From Squalus acanthias (lineage: Eukaryota), in NCBI GenBank assembly GCA_030390025.1, contig CM059433.1, forward strand, positions 25,794,001 to 25,858,000: a DNA stretch of 64,000 bases, read 5' to 3'. Below are positions 9,769 to 23,269 of this stretch, piece by piece; the stretch's first letter is position 1, and each line of letters begins with the position of its first letter. The notes under the pieces are model-generated. The model saw nothing but the letters and a program-made list of their open reading frames with translations. It was not told the DNA's origin and ran no database searches. A program made the translations under genes and the position numbers.

Positions 9769-11000
9769 CAAAATGTGCCTTGGCACAGAAACCAATGGCG
9801 AGGGCTGCTCCCTATCTCTCCGCTCTCTCACTGTGCTGCACACTCAGTAGCATTTGGTGAAGCTCCTCCCTTACGTTCTTAGTGTGGGTCTGGCGGAGCA
9901 CTGACGCAAGAAATTTATATAAAAAGCCCTTCTCTTGTGGGGAATGATGGTTAGTGTTGATCTGTTTTGATGTTTCATTAGCGAGCTGACATGTCCATTC
10001 CTCATCATCAATCGTATTTAAAGCTAGGCACAAGACAGCCAATAATTTGTTCTCCCATTTCAACTGGGACAGAGACTCCTCTGAATTTTCCAGTAAATGG
10101 TCAACTAATGGTGCAAGCTCCTCTTCCCACCACCTCACTGATTCTGGGAGGATATTGAGACTCAGGACTTTCAGCACACTCAGTGCTGCAGCTCCTCGGC
10201 CTCCTCCCTGATATAGGCAACAAGTCACAATGAGGAACCGGGTTAGCAGTGCCTGGGCTTTAGGGAGATTGGCATCTTCATTGTAAGTAAGGGAAAAACC
10301 TTCACTACCGGCTCGCAGTTTTTTTTTCCCAATATGTGCTGAACAACTGCAGATTATTGTTAAATCCTTGGTGTACTGGGTCATAGTGACAAACTCCAGT
10401 AAGGATGGCCAAAGGACATCCTCCATCTTCACTGCAGTTGTGATCAAACACATCACTCTTTCACATAGTATGACTAATTCTTCATCTGTTACTGGGTCTG
10501 GCTGATGATTGGGTGGTATCAGGGTCCCTGAACCAACTGGTATAGCACACTGTTGGATGAGGAATTACACCTTTGCCTTTCCTCCCTCTGGCTCAAGGTA
10601 ACCTTGCTGGGCCATGACACATATTACCTGGGCAATTAACTTCTTCACCTGATTGCTGTTCTTGTCTAGAAGTACTGGTTTTATTGCAGCCACAATCTGA
10701 GCCATCTTCCTCTCCAAGTGCGATGAGACCGATGTGATGAAGTGCTTTTGTACAGTGAGTGTTCCTACTCTCATTTGTTGGTCAGCGTTCTCTAACTGAG
10801 ATAAGAAAAATTCCACCATTTTGTCTGCATAAGCTGGGGCCAGAACTCTGAAACAGCGAAGGATCTCAGTCTGGTTCTTCACAGCAAGATGATCAGTAGA
10901 CTCCAGCGAAACACAAATCTGCTGGTGTAGCTTGTTAAGCAGGATGTCCATTTGTGTTTTTAGCCCGAGACACTTTATCTCTGTCACAACATCCATCTCA
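9769..11000 (-). pseudogene. MROH1: Intronless MROH1-like copy C (N-terminal portion), truncated at the Gypsy junction
   Basis: LHQQICV..NQTEILRCF..RVGTL..GYLEPEGG, LWPSLLEF, GRGAAALSVL, WENKLL and PQEKGFLYK match maestro HEAT-like protein 1; contiguous, with stops and frameshifts. Confidence 0.85.
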
Positions 11001-12061
11001 TGCAGAAATGCAGTTTGTACCACTTTGCTGTATTTTGTCCACCCCTGGGTTTCTGTGTTGTCATGGTTTTCATTGTGAGGCCGGGTTACAAAACCCCTCA
11101 GTTGTGATGAGGTCATGGGTCATGTGCCCATATAAGTCCTGCCAGATGTTTGTGGCAGTTTACGGTGGGTGGTGGGGTTTAAGGTCCAGACCTGAGATTC
11201 AGACCATACGGACAAGGCAACATTCAAAACCCTTGGCAGCCATACTGGATTGAGCAGCTGTTTGTTCCTAATAAAGAACTCACAGCACCATAGACACTCA
11301 GAGTACTTGTGGAAAAAGATGTAGAAATGGGAGTGTAGGACAGACCTTTCCAGCAGAATTGCCCCAAATTGGGAGGTTCATTGTCAGGGATTGAAGCTGC
11401 TTAATGATGTCATCAGGAAGTTGTTGTGACATCAGAGCGGTCCATTGTGACATTTGTTCCACTCGTCTCTCCTTTAAACCCTTGTTGTCTATTGCCTACC
11501 ACCCCAGATTTCTCACCCACAAATCCTCCCTGTTTTCCTCCTATAGCCTCTGCACTCAGTGACTCCTCATCCTCAGTCATTTCAATCTCCATCTCAACTC
11601 CCCGTATCCTTTCTCCTCCGATGTTACTGCCCTCCTGTTGTCCCTTAAACACTCCTACCCATTACGTCCACCCCTCTACTTTGCCATCTCTCCTGGTCTC
11701 ACTACTTGCATGGTCTCAATCACTGACAAGGCCATGTCTGACCATTGATTTTATCAACCGTAACCCCCCCATCACCTTCCAACCTTATTTTCATCTGCGT
11801 ACACACCTGCAAAAAACCCTCTTACAGGAAGATACGTACATTAGGAACAGAAAGAGGCCATTCAGCCCCTTGGGTGTGCTCCGCCATTCAATTAGATCAT
11901 GGCTGATCTGTACCTCAACTCCATTTACCCAACTTTACTCGATATGCCTTCATAACCTTACCTAAGAAAAATCTATCAATCTGATTTCACTGATCAATGA
12001 TTCATGTCACACCATTATGTAGCACCTATTCAGATAGAGGTCTGTACCTCGCCACTCGCTC

Positions 12062-13790
12062 AGCAACAACAACTACTAATATTAATATAGCGACTTTAAA
12101 GTAGTAAAATGTCCCAAAGTGCTTCACAGGAGTTTTATTACACAATATTTGACACCGAGGCACATAGGGTGAAATTAAGGTGAAATTAGGGCAGATGACC
12201 AAAAGCTTTGTCAAAGAGGTAGGTTTTAAGGAGCGTCTTAATGGAAGAAAGAGATGTAGAGAGGTGGAGAGGTTTAGGCAGGAAATTCCAGAGCTTGGGG
12301 CCTGGGCAGCTGAAGGCATAGCCACCAGTGGTTGAGCTATTAAATTTAGGGATGCTCTAGAATCCAGATTTAGGGGAGTGCAGATATCTCGGGGTGGGGG
12401 TGGGGGGGCCGGGGTGATTGTGGGGCTGGAGGAGATTACAGAGATAGGGAAGGGTGAGGCCATCGAGGGATTTGAAAACGAGGAGAATTTTAAAATCAAG
12501 GCGTTGATTAACCAGGAGCCAATGTAGTTCAGTGAGCACAGGGGTGATGGGTGAATGGGACTTGGTGCGAGTTAGGACACAGGCAGCTGAGTTTTGGATG
12601 ATCTCAAGTTTACAAAAGGTAGAACGTTGGAGGCTAGCCATGAGTGCATTGGAATAGTCAAGCCTTGAGGTAACAAAGGCATGGATGAGGATTTCAGCAA
12701 CAGATGAGCTGAGGCAGGGGCGGAGTTGGGTGATGTTACGGAGGTGGAAATAGGCGGTCTGAGTGAAAGCGCGGAAATGTGGCCGAAAGCTCATTTCTGG
12801 GTCAAATATGGCACCAAGGTTGCGAAGAGTCTGGATCAGCCTCAGACAGATGCTATGGAGAGGGATGGAGTCAATAACTAAGGAACGGAGTTTGCGGGGG
12901 GATCTGAAGACAATGGCTTTGGTCTTCCCAATATTTAGTTGGAGGAAATTTCGGCTCATCCAGCACTGGATGCAGTCTGACAATTTAGAGACCGTGGAGG
13001 GGTCGAGAGAAGTGGTGGTGAGGTAGAGCTGGGTGACATCAGCTTACATGTGGAACCTGATGCCGAGGGGCAACATGTCGATGAGAAATAGGAGGGGCCC
13101 CAGGATAGATCCCTGGGTGACACCAGAGGTAACAATGCGGGAGCGGGAAGAGAAGCCGTTGCAGGTGATTCTCTGGCTATGATTAGATAAAATTGAGAGG
13201 TCGCACAACACCAGGTTATAGTCCAACAGTTTTATTTGAAATCACAAGCTTTCGGAGCTATCGATTGCTCCTTCCTCAGGTGAAGTAAATTAGATACAGA
13301 ATCGCCAAAGCATATATAGATAGAAAACAAAGCATGTGTACCTTACAATTGCAGACCATGATTAGATAGACAAGAATGGAACCAGGCGCGTGCAGTCCCA
13401 CCCAGCTGTACGACGGTGGAGAGGCATTGGAGGAGGATGGAGTGGTCAACCATGTCAAAGGCTGCAGACAAGTCAAGAAGAACAAGGAGGGATAGTTTAC
13501 ATTTGTCACAGTCACATAGGATGTCATTTCTGATTTTGATAAGAGCCGTTTCAATACTGTGGAAGGGGCGGAAACCTGATCCAAACATGGAGTTCCGATA
13601 AAGATGGGCACGGATTGGGGATGCGACAACACGTTCAAGGAATTTGGAGAGTAAAAGGAGGTTGAGATTGGATGGTACTAGGCAAGGACTGAGGGGACAA
13701 GGGTTGGTTTTTGAGGAAATGGATGATGACAGCAGATTTGAAAGAGAGAGAACCATTAACAATATTAGCTAACATGGGAGCCAAAAGAGG
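12062..13790 (-). mobile_element. L2-clade LINE, 3' part of the RT, degenerate
   Basis: LLDLSAAFD, GVTQGSILGPLLF, WMSRNFLQLNIGKT, HAFVTSRLDY and LHWL; short-repeat tail near 12062. Confidence 0.9.
13190..13357 (-). mobile_element. Penelope-type short insertion carrying a minimal hammerhead ribozyme (13242-13283)
   Basis: Flanked by an ATGATTAGATA duplication (13179-13189, 13358-13368); absent from the paralogous L2 near 21530; minus strand reads TCAC-CTGAGGA-A-GGAGC..GCTCC-GAAA-GCTT-GTGA. Confidence 0.75.
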
Positions 13791-14074
13791 GTGTTTGTGT
13801 GTGTGTGCTGGGTGCGGGTTTGTGTGTGTGTCTGCGTGTGTGTGTGTGTGTGTGCGTGTGTATGTTTGTGCGTGTGAGGCTGAGCGTGTGTGAGGTTGTA
13901 TGTGTGTGAGTGTGTGTGAGGGCAAGGGTCTGAGTAGGTTTACCCACCCCCAGTCACACAGCAGCGGTACCTGCACTGTTTGAAGTTCAACCGATAGTTG
14001 CAACAACAGGAAATCTATTTATTTACAATTCATAAATTTACAAATTTACAAGTCATGTTGAAAAATTGATCAGT

Positions 14075-15042
14075 TTGATGCTAAATAAAGGAGGTGGAGA
14101 ACAAGCGGGGCCTGTGTGTTTAGGCTTCATTCTGATGGCGACAGCAGCAGTTCCTTAGGCAGCTGTTCCTCCAGGTGAGCCTCTGGGCATGTCAGACACG
14201 TTCTGACTGTTGGAGAAGTAAAGGTGAAAAGGCCGCTGCATGTGCTCGGTGCTGCTCCTGGGGGTTGTGGAAGAAGGACTCGCAATCCATGGCGTAGGAA
14301 GTGATCCTGTTGGGGAAATCTTGAACCAATTATCGTGAAAGGTTCTTTAGGAGGTCCATGTAGTTCCTGTTGGGCTCCCCTAGATGGTTCTTGATTAATG
14401 AGGAAGCCTAGGCCGATCCAATGAGGGGGACAACCAGTCGCAGTGTTGAACTACAAGACCTGGTGACCTCCTCACTCGTTCCGTCCAGGTGCAACAACAA
14501 ACGCACAAGGTTGGATGGATCTGTCAGTAGGAGGAGGATCTGGAACCTCCGATTCCACATTTGGTCAAGTTCCCCAACATGCTGAACGGTTCAGCCCGCA
14601 CTTAATCACACTGGCCGTCGAAGAGTGGTTGAATGCTGGCAAGGATTTTCTTTTCAAAGGGTTGGATGGCACTTGCTCTCTATTTAATGATGTTCTTCGA
14701 CAGGCATGACAGCACCTCAAATGTTAGCACTTCCTCTTGGTTCTCCTTGGTCCCCAACAGACTAAGCATTGTGCTCATCACTTGAGGAGACCAATAATGG
14801 GCTCCAATTGAAACGTTGCCAAGGTCCCTGACACACAGCAACTGGGCAACTGGACAAGAATCACGCAAACACCTTTGCAATGAGCTCATTAGAGTGTCTG
14901 TGAGCTGCAGCTGTGAAACCAGTTCAGATTTTAACAGCTCTCCAAAGAAGGAAGCCACGGTGACTGCCTGTCAGTCTTGGATGGTATGGATCTGAGCTGC
15001 CAGCTCTTCCACAATGCCAGGCAGGCTGATGCCAGCATATTG
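14075..15042 (-). pseudogene. MROH1: Intronless MROH1-like copy A, C-terminal portion
   Basis: VASFFGELL..CLRDSCPVAQLLCVRDLGN; minus-strand AATAAA at 14018-14023; paralogous to 23270-24240. Confidence 0.8.
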
Positions 15043-15114
15043 AACATCAGTGAATCAGATGGGTGACCACCGCACAGTCATTGTGGAGACGAAGTCCCGT
15101 ATTCACACTGAGGA

Positions 15115-17296
15115 TGAAGGGATAATTACAAGTCCTAGCCCTTTCGGACTACCCCAGATCAGACGTATTCCCCAGACATTCACCTTCAACTGAAGTTAGC
15201 GGTAGCCAAATCCTAGCGACGCTTAACTGGGTCTGAAGGTTCAGAATATCTTTCCCTCAAGGAAAGGAACGGCCTGAAGATGTTACCGTCCTCTGGATAG
15301 CACTTTTAACACGTTTAACCAGACTGTAACCTTCCGGATATTATGAGGATCCGGAAAACCCCCCAGAATTCTACCACTCCTCTCTGAAGAGTGTACAGAA
15401 ATTGAGTTTGCGAGGTTGATACAGAAATACTACTTGAGACAATTCTAAAAATATATAGATTTATTTAAGAGCCGACATTCAGTTAACAGCTGATAAGTCA
15501 ATCGCGACTTTAACCGTTCAAAATACAAATAGCTTACATTTCTTATCAGAGATCCTTATACTCAAATCTTAACTTCGTTACATTTCCACCCTTCTACTTA
15601 TTTCTTAATCCAGAATATCCACCAAAATCAAATAACTTGATTACCCGAGACTCAGAGTTGAAAACTTACAGAGCGTGCCTGTGAAGTTGAGAAACGCTTG
15701 CCCTTCCAGCGACTTCTGACTCTCTGTCTGAAAAGCTCTATTTTTATACCTTTCTTTAGTGGTATTTTCTTTGAAGTTTCCTGCTGATGTAAGCTAATTA
15801 TCTCTAGTGATTGTTTATTGAATTCTTTTCTATTCTTACTGTCATTTCAGCTGCCAACTTTTAGAATTATGTCTCTACCTTTAGGTGTTTCAAAAACGTA
15901 TCATTTTTATGGTTATTATCGATTTATCTATTTGATGCTATTCTTAGGAAGTCTTTCTATTGAATTCTTAATATCACTTAACTGCTTGTAAGCCAGACGT
16001 CGTGACTCCGTGGTGTTCCAAGTTCAATACAAACACAGTGTAATTGCTTGGTGTCATCTGTTGATAATATGGCCCTGAAATTCACCTCTCCGGCTTGCCG
16101 CGGGGGTAAGGATCGCGCGCGCACTTACCTACCGCGCCTGCCGTTGACCTCTGGGCCCCCGGGAACTTCAGCTCCTGGGCCTGCTCCAAGTGCCGGCGCA
16201 CAGTGCTTGCGTGTCCCAGGGGCGTAGTTAGAGCGATGCGTCTCCTGTCAAATCTATGAATTGAAATCGGCCCCAAAACAACAGCTAAACTTCAAATAAT
16301 TTTTTTTAAAAACATCACATTTATAAAATAACTATAAGTTAAATAAATTAACTACTTTAAACAAAAATTTAAATTTTTGAAAAAATTAAAATACTTTTTA
16401 ACAGTGCTAAAAATAAACTTACCTTTCTTTAAAGTATCTAAAAAAGATAAACCTGTTGAAAAAAATGTTAAATTATAATTAATTAACCACTTACCTTGTT
16501 GAAAACGTGCCTGCGCCTCCTTTTTAAAAGCGCAGGTTCTTCAATACTTACCCTCCCAGAGAAACCTGAAAAAACCCCTATGTTTGCTGCGTGCGCGCAG
16601 CCTCTCCTGCGCACGTGGTTCACCTCTGAACCGCTCCCTTCACGAGACCGGAAGTTCCGGTTTCCCGCGCATGCGCAGTGCATGCAGGAAACCGGCACTT
16701 CAGGAGGCCTTGCGGGTGAGTACACAATGCGTACTCACCCGGCAAGTGCCGAATTTTTGGCCCTATATTTTCAAAGCCTTCCTATTTGTACCTTTTACAA
16801 CTTGTAAATTGAAAACACTTCTCTTAGGGTGTTTATTTGTTTTCTTGCTATCTTAATTGGTTGCATATTTAATCGTGTTTCCTGTTTCCAAGTTTAACAT
16901 AAAACTATTTTACGGCAGGTATTTCTTTTACTTGATGTCATTTTTTCAAAGGCACTTGTTTTTTTTAATGTTCTGTGCACCTGTTCTACGTGTTTGATTT
17001 TGACACTTTACTTGGGCATTGCTATTGTTTTGTTCCAATCTCTAGATATTCTGGAAGCGCCAATGGTTTGCTTCAATAGGGGCATTGGTTTTGTGTTTAC
17101 AAACCAATTCCCATTTCAAAGCTTGTTTTGACAGCTTTGTGTTAACAAACCATCTTATCTCAGAAGCCTGTATTGTGTTTGCAGCCTGTGTCGCCAAGGC
17201 TTTCCAGACTTTTAAACTCAGTATGTCATGTATTAATATTATCAAAATCTGTTTATAGGATGATGTATTTCTTGGAATATGGCTTATTCCATTACA
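15115..17296 (-). mobile_element. Solo LTR (family 2) containing a MITE
   Basis: TG..CA ends; 4-bp TSD AGGA (15111-15114, 17297-17300); homologous to 31543-32685; empty site present near 24310. Confidence 0.85.
16071..16763. mobile_element. PIF/Harbinger-type MITE
   Basis: Imperfect TIR GGCCCTGAAATTC / GAATTTTTGGCCC; 3-bp TSD TAT; similar to 21988-22720 and 43548-44313. Confidence 0.85.
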
Positions 17297-19458
17297 AGGA
17301 CACCCTCCATCGTGTTGCGTGGCACTACCACCGTGCTAAATGGGATAGATTCAGAACAGATCTAGCAGCTGAAAACTGGGCATCCGTGAGGTGCTGTGGG
17401 CCATCAGCAGCAGTAGAATTGTATTCCATCACAATCAGTAACCTCATGGCCCGGCATATCCCTCACTCTACTATTACCATCAAGCCAGGAGACCAACCCT
17501 GGTTCAATAAGGAGTGTAGAAGAGCATGCCAGGAGCAGCACCAGGCGTACCTAAAAATGAGGTGCCAACCTGGGGAAGCTTCAACACAGGACTACATGCA
17601 TGCTAAAAAGCGGAAGTAGCATGCTATAGACAGCGATCCCACAATCAACAGATCAGATCATTCCTGCCACATCCAGTCATGAATGGTGGTGGACCATTAA
17701 ACAACTAACGGGAGGAGGAGGCTCCAGGAATATCCCCATCCTCAATGATGGTGGAGCCCACCACGTGAGTGCAAAAGACAAGGCTGAAGCGTTTGCAACC
17801 ATCTTCAGCCAGAAGTGCAGAATGGATGATTCATATCGGCCTACTCCTGAGGTCCCCACCATCACAGATGCCAGTCTTCAGCCAATTCGATTCACTCCAT
17901 GTGATATCAAGAAATGGCTGAGCGCACTGGATACAGCAAAGTCTATCGGCCCCGACAACATTCCGGCTATCGTGCTGAAGACTTGTGCTCTAGATCTAGC
18001 CGCGCCTCTAGCCAAGATGTTCCAGTATAGCTACAACACTAGCATCTAACCGACAATGTGGAAAACTGCCCAGGTATGTCCTGTCCACAAAAAGGAGGAC
18101 AAATCCAATCCGGCCAATTACCGTCCCATCAGTCTACTCTCAATCATCAGCAAAGTGATGGAAGGTGCCATCGACGGTGCTATCAAGCAGCAATTACTCA
18201 CCAATAACCTGCTCACTGATGCCCAGTTTGGGTTTCGCCAAGACCATTCAGCTCCCAACCTGATTACAATCTTGGTCCAAACATTGACAGAGGGGCTGAA
18301 TTCCAGAGGTGAGGTGAGAGTGACTGCCCTTGACAACAAGGCAGCATTTGACCAAGTGTGGCATCAACGAGCCCTAGTAAAACTGAAGTCAATGGGAATC
18401 AGGGGAAAAACTCTACAGTGGCTGGAGTCTTACCTAGCACAAAGGAAGATGGTTGTGGTGGTTGAAAGTCAATCATCACAGCCCCAGGACATCGCTACTG
18501 GAGTTCCTCAGGGCAGTGTCCTAGGCCCAACCATCTTCAGCTACTCCATCAAAGACCTTCCCTCCAACATAAGGTCAGAAATGGGGATGTTCGCTGATGA
18601 CTGCACAGTGATCAGTGCCATTCACAACTCCTCAGATAATGAAGCAGTCCATGCCCGCATGCAACAATACCTGGACGATGTTCAGGCTTGGGCTGATAAG
18701 TGGCAGGTAACATTCGCGCCACAGAAGTGCCAGGCAATGACTATCTCCAACAAGCGAGAGTCTAACCTCTGCCCCTTGTCATTCAATGGCATTACCAACA
18801 CCGAATCCCCACCATCATCATCCTGGGGGTCACCATTGACCAGAAACTTAACTGAACCAACCACAAATACTGTGACAACAAGAGCAGGTCAGAGGCTAGG
18901 TATTCTGCGGCGAGTGTCTCACCTCCTGACTCCCCAAAGCCTTTCCACCATCTACAAGGCACAAGTAAGGAGTGTGATGGAATACTCTCCATTTGCCTGG
19001 ATGAGTGCAGGCCAACAACACTCAAGAAGCTCGACACCATCCAGGACAAAGCAGCCCGCTTGATTGGCACCCCATCCACCACCTTAAACATTCACTCACT
19101 CCACCATCGGCGTACCGTGGCTGCAGTGTGTACCATCTACAAGATGGACTGCAGCAACTCGCCAAGGCTTCTTCGGCAGCACCTCCCAAACCTGTGACCT
19201 GTTCCACCTAGAAGGACAAAGGCAGCAGGCACATGGAAACACCACCACCTCCAACTTCCCCTCCAAGTCACACACCATCCTGACTTGGAAGTATATCGCC
19301 GATCCTTCCCAACAGCACTGTGGGAGTACCTTCACCACACGGACTGCAGCGGTTCAAGAAGGCAGCTCACCACCACCTTCTCAAGGGCAAATAGGGATGG
19401 GCAATAAATGCTGGCCTTGCCAGCAACACCCACATCCCATAAATGAATTAAAAAAAAA

Positions 19459-21331
19459 TTGCACCATTGCTCTGGCAAGCATTTCAACCCCCTTGTCAAA
19501 TATGCGGAGTTTCTTCATCTGGTCCCATCCTCCACTGTTCACCATGTAAGTAGCTACTTCTTTATTATTTGTCCAAGCTAGCAGGTCCTTTAGTGTCCTC
19601 ACGTGGTTCACACACACATCTCTACATTTAGGTGATTGAAGCTCAGCTGAGAATTGTCTCTGGTTCGATTTAACATCAGGAGTAAAACCATTGAGCAGAG
19701 AAATATTAACACAAGTGTTGCAGTGGATGAGCAGGGCGCTGAATAACTGCGGGAATAATGTAGTCACCGTCTTTACCGACTCGGGCTTAGTTATCATCTG
19801 CCGCAGCCCACAAACGGCAGCCAGGGATTCAAGGTTGAAAACTGTGGCGCTTTCTCACTGACAGGTTGTGCTCATTGCAAATGGTAACTGCTTTTTCAGT
19901 GTGTCCAGTAACTCTACCATTGTACTCATGGCACATTCTGTGTCCTCAGCCAGTGATCTCCACATGTCACTGATGTACTTGTCCAAAGGGACAGGGTAGT
20001 TGAGGAGACAGGCACAACAGTTGCTGTGGTTATGTGAGCCAGAATGGCGATACTACACAGAGCTGAAAGTTTCCACTGCTCATAAGGAATTAACTGCAAT
20101 TGAAGCCTCAGCACGTCAATGATCTCCGAGGCCTGGTCCCCAAGTTCACTGCCTCGTCTATTAATGGTGGTTTGCATGAGAACAGTGGCTGCATTGGAAT
20201 AGCTGGGGTGTTGGTCGGACAGTCTTTTGAAGAACATGAAGAGTAAGTTGTCCAACTGGTGACGGGGCAATCATTTGGAAATGACCTCTGTGATTTGAGA
20301 GCATGATTGAAAGAGGACTGAATTGTCAGGGTTAACTAACTGTTCTCTGACTCTTTTCAGTCCCTCTAACTGCTCCGTTTGGTGAACCAGATTGGTGTCT
20401 TCACACGACAAATGAATGGCCAGGGTTATGTACAAAGTGTCCAGGGACATCTGTCAAATGGGAAGCGATGGGTCTGCACAACGCGGCATCAGTCATCCAA
20501 TCAGAGTCCCCGTGTTAATTTCAGGCGCTACAGGAAACTTTCGTTTATCCGGCACCCAAATATCCGGAATTCTCGCTTAACCGGCAAAAATCATCCTCCG
20601 AAAACGCCTCTCAAATAACTGGCAATGTTGCCGAGTCGCAGTCGAGTCTCCGCGAACGCCGAGTGCTCCGAAAACTCCTCACAAATAACCGGCAATGTTG
20701 CCGATCCCGAGTCCAAGTCCGAGTCCGCGAACGCCGATTTAGTCAGTAGGGGTACTTTTCAAAAGTGCCACTACTCGGCCTCCTGGCGCTGTCGGAAGTT
20801 CGAAACACTGCAGTAGCAGGAGTTGATTCTCCCGTGCTGCCTGGAGTCTCTTTGTTAAAAATAGCCTCGGTAGATATAACTCTCCGTTATCCGGTACTTT
20901 CGATAAACCGGCACCACGCTGGTCCCGTCGATGCCGGATAAACGAAAGTTTCCTGTACATTACTAAGATTGAGCTTCCTCCAGTAAAGTTTCAGAAGCTC
21001 TAAGGTCGTTTCCATGGCTCTCTCTCGTTCATAGTCTTTTGTTGAAATGATCCGGGCTTCTACATGATTGAAAATGGCCTCATGTCCTTGAGGGGACTGA
21101 TCCTGAAGTAATATTTGCTTCAGAAGATTTTGCAGCAAATCTGTGGTTTGGGTATAAAGCGTCGCCCACTCCTTTGTATTATCATTTGTGTCCAGGTCAT
21201 TGTACAGTTCTGGAGGTACCAAGCCGAAAGTACTGGTCAGGCAGGTTTGAATCAATTGGCAGTTATCCGCTTGGTTTGTTTCAGTGCGTAGTTGCACGAG
21301 ATGCGTGCAGGCGTTCATGGCTAACTGTCGA
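19459..21331 (-). pseudogene. MROH1: Intronless MROH1-like copy A, middle portion
   Basis: AMNACTHLV, ERERAM, FPQLFSALL and GVEMLARAM match MROH1; multiple frameshifts. Confidence 0.85.
20531..20955. mobile_element. Tc1/mariner (pogo/Tigger-like) MITE
   Basis: Perfect 24-bp TIR CAGGAAACTTTCGTTTATCCGGCA; TA TSD on both sides. Confidence 0.92.
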
Positions 21332-21960
21332 GAGAAGTGGTGGTGAGGTAGAGCTGGGTGACGTCAGCTTACATGTGGAAACTGAAGCTGTGTTTTCAGA
21401 TGATGTTGCCAAGGGTCAACATGTCGATGAGAAATAGGAGGGGCCCCAGGATAGATCCCTGGGCGACATCAGAGGTAACGATGCGGGAGCGAGAAGAGAA
21501 GCCTTTGCAGGTGATTCTCTGGCTACGATTAGATAGATAAGAATGGAACCAGGCGAGTGCAGTCCCACCCAGCCGGACGACAGTGGAGAGGCATTGGAGG
21601 AGGATGGAGTGGTCAATCATATCAAAGGCTGCATACAAGTCAAGGAGGACGAGGAGGGATAGTTTACCTTTGTCACAGTCACATAGGATGTCATTTATGA
21701 TTTTGATAAGAGCCGTTTCAATACTGTGGAAGGGGTGGAAACCTAATCCAAACAGGGAGTTCCGATAAAGATGGGCACGGATTTGGGAGGCAACAACACG
21801 TTCAAGGAATTTGGAGAGGAAAAGGAGGTTGAGATGGGATGGTACTAGGCAAGGACAGAGGGGTCAAGGGTTGGTTTTTGAGGAAATGGATAATGACAGC
21901 AGATTTGAAAGAGAGAGAACCATTAACAATATTAGCTAACATGGGAGCCAGAAGAGGGTG
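21327..21960 (-). mobile_element. L2 fragment, duplicate of ~13003-13790
   Basis: Near-identical to the L2 near 13 kb; AAFD and QGSILGPLLF. Confidence 0.88.
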
Positions 21961-21987
21961 TTTGTGTGTGTGCTCGGGTGAGAGTAT

Positions 21988-22720
21988 GGCCCAGAAATTG
22001 ATCTCGCTCTGTTCCCGCGGGGGTAAGCCTTCCCCGCGATGTCTCACCTCGCTTATGCTTTTTCTGATCCAGCTCGCACGAACTTGATGTTCCAGACATC
22101 AGCTGTGCTGGGCTTGCGTATCCCAGCGGCGTAGTGAATTTGTGCGAGCTGTGGGATCACGTGACTCAGTTAGAGCCAATGGCAGCACACCATCTTCCAT
22201 TCATAAGTCTCACAGCATAGCTGTGAAATCTATGAATCTTACACCCCCCAAAATAACAGCTAAACCTCAATTAAATTTTAAAAAAAAACCATCACATTAA
22301 TAAAATAAGTATAGTTAATTAAATTAACCATTTTAAATAAAAAATTAAATTTTTGAAAAAATTTAAAATCTTTTAAAAAGTTATAAAAATAAACTTACCT
22401 GTCTTTAAAGTCTATAAAAAAGATATACCTGTAAAAAAAAATTCAAAAAAATACTTAATTCACTACTTACCTTCTTAAAAGCGGGTCTTACTCCTCCTTT
22501 TTACATTTCCAAAATCTTCCCTACTTACCTGCGCGTCCACAGCATGAAGTGCACAGCGTGCGCGCAGCCTGTAGCGCGCACGCGATGCACCCAGGACCCG
22601 CCCCCTTTTCAGAAGAGCAATTGCCGGTTTTCAGCGCATGCGCAGGGCATGCAGAAAACCGGCAATTGGAGTGGGAATACGCAGTGCGTACTCTCGCGTC
22701 CCGGGATCAATTTTCGGCCC
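21988..22720. mobile_element. PIF/Harbinger-type MITE
   Basis: TIR GGCCCAGAAATTG / CAATTTTCGGCCC; TSD TAT. Confidence 0.85.
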
Positions 22721-22723
22721 TAT

Positions 22724-23120
22724 GTGTTTGTGTGTGTGTGCGAGTGTGTAAGTGTGTGTGTGTGTGTGTGTGTGAGAAGCTGAGGGTGTGTGAGGTTGTG
22801 TGTATGTGTGCATGAGGGTGTGTGTGTGTCTGTGTGAGGATGAGGGTGTGTGAGGTTGTGTGTGTGTCGGGTAGAGGGTGAGGGTGTGTGAGGTTGTGTG
22901 TATCTGTGTGTGAGAGGGTGAGAGTGTGTGAGGTTGTGTGTGTGTGTCTGTGTGAGAGGGTGAGGGTGTGTGAGGTTGTGTGTGTGTGTGAGAGGGTGAG
23001 GGTGTGTGAGGTTTTGTGTGTGTGTGTGTGTGAGAGGGTGAGGGTGTGTGAGGTTGTGTGTGTGTGAGAGAGGGTGAGGGGGTTTGAGGTTGTATGTGTG
23101 TGTGTGAGTGTGTGTGAGGG
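22724..23120. repeat. GT-rich compound minisatellite
   Basis: Repeated GAGGGTGTGTGAGGTTGTGTGT units; a shorter paralog lies at ~13790-13920. Confidence 0.9.
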
Positions 23121-23269
23121 CGAGGGTATGAGTAGGTTTACCCACCCCCAGTCACACACCAGCGGTACCTGCACTGTTTGAAGATCGTCCGATAGTTGCA
23201 ACAACAGGAAATCTATTTATTTACAATTCATAAATTTACAAATTTACAAGTCATGTTGAAAAATTGATC

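Larger units (their letters stand above)
15043..19458 (+). mobile_element. CR1/L2-group LINE (5'-truncated, degenerate RT), inserted in MROH copy A and interrupted by a solo LTR
   Basis: NYRPISLLS, QFGFR, GVPQGSVLGP and FADD; A-tail ending at 19458; the MROH frame (ARAMVQ/YAG) resumes across the insertion. Confidence 0.9.

Noticed and set aside
22707..23204. His/Thr-rich ORFs
   Set aside because: They are translations of a CA/GT minisatellite.
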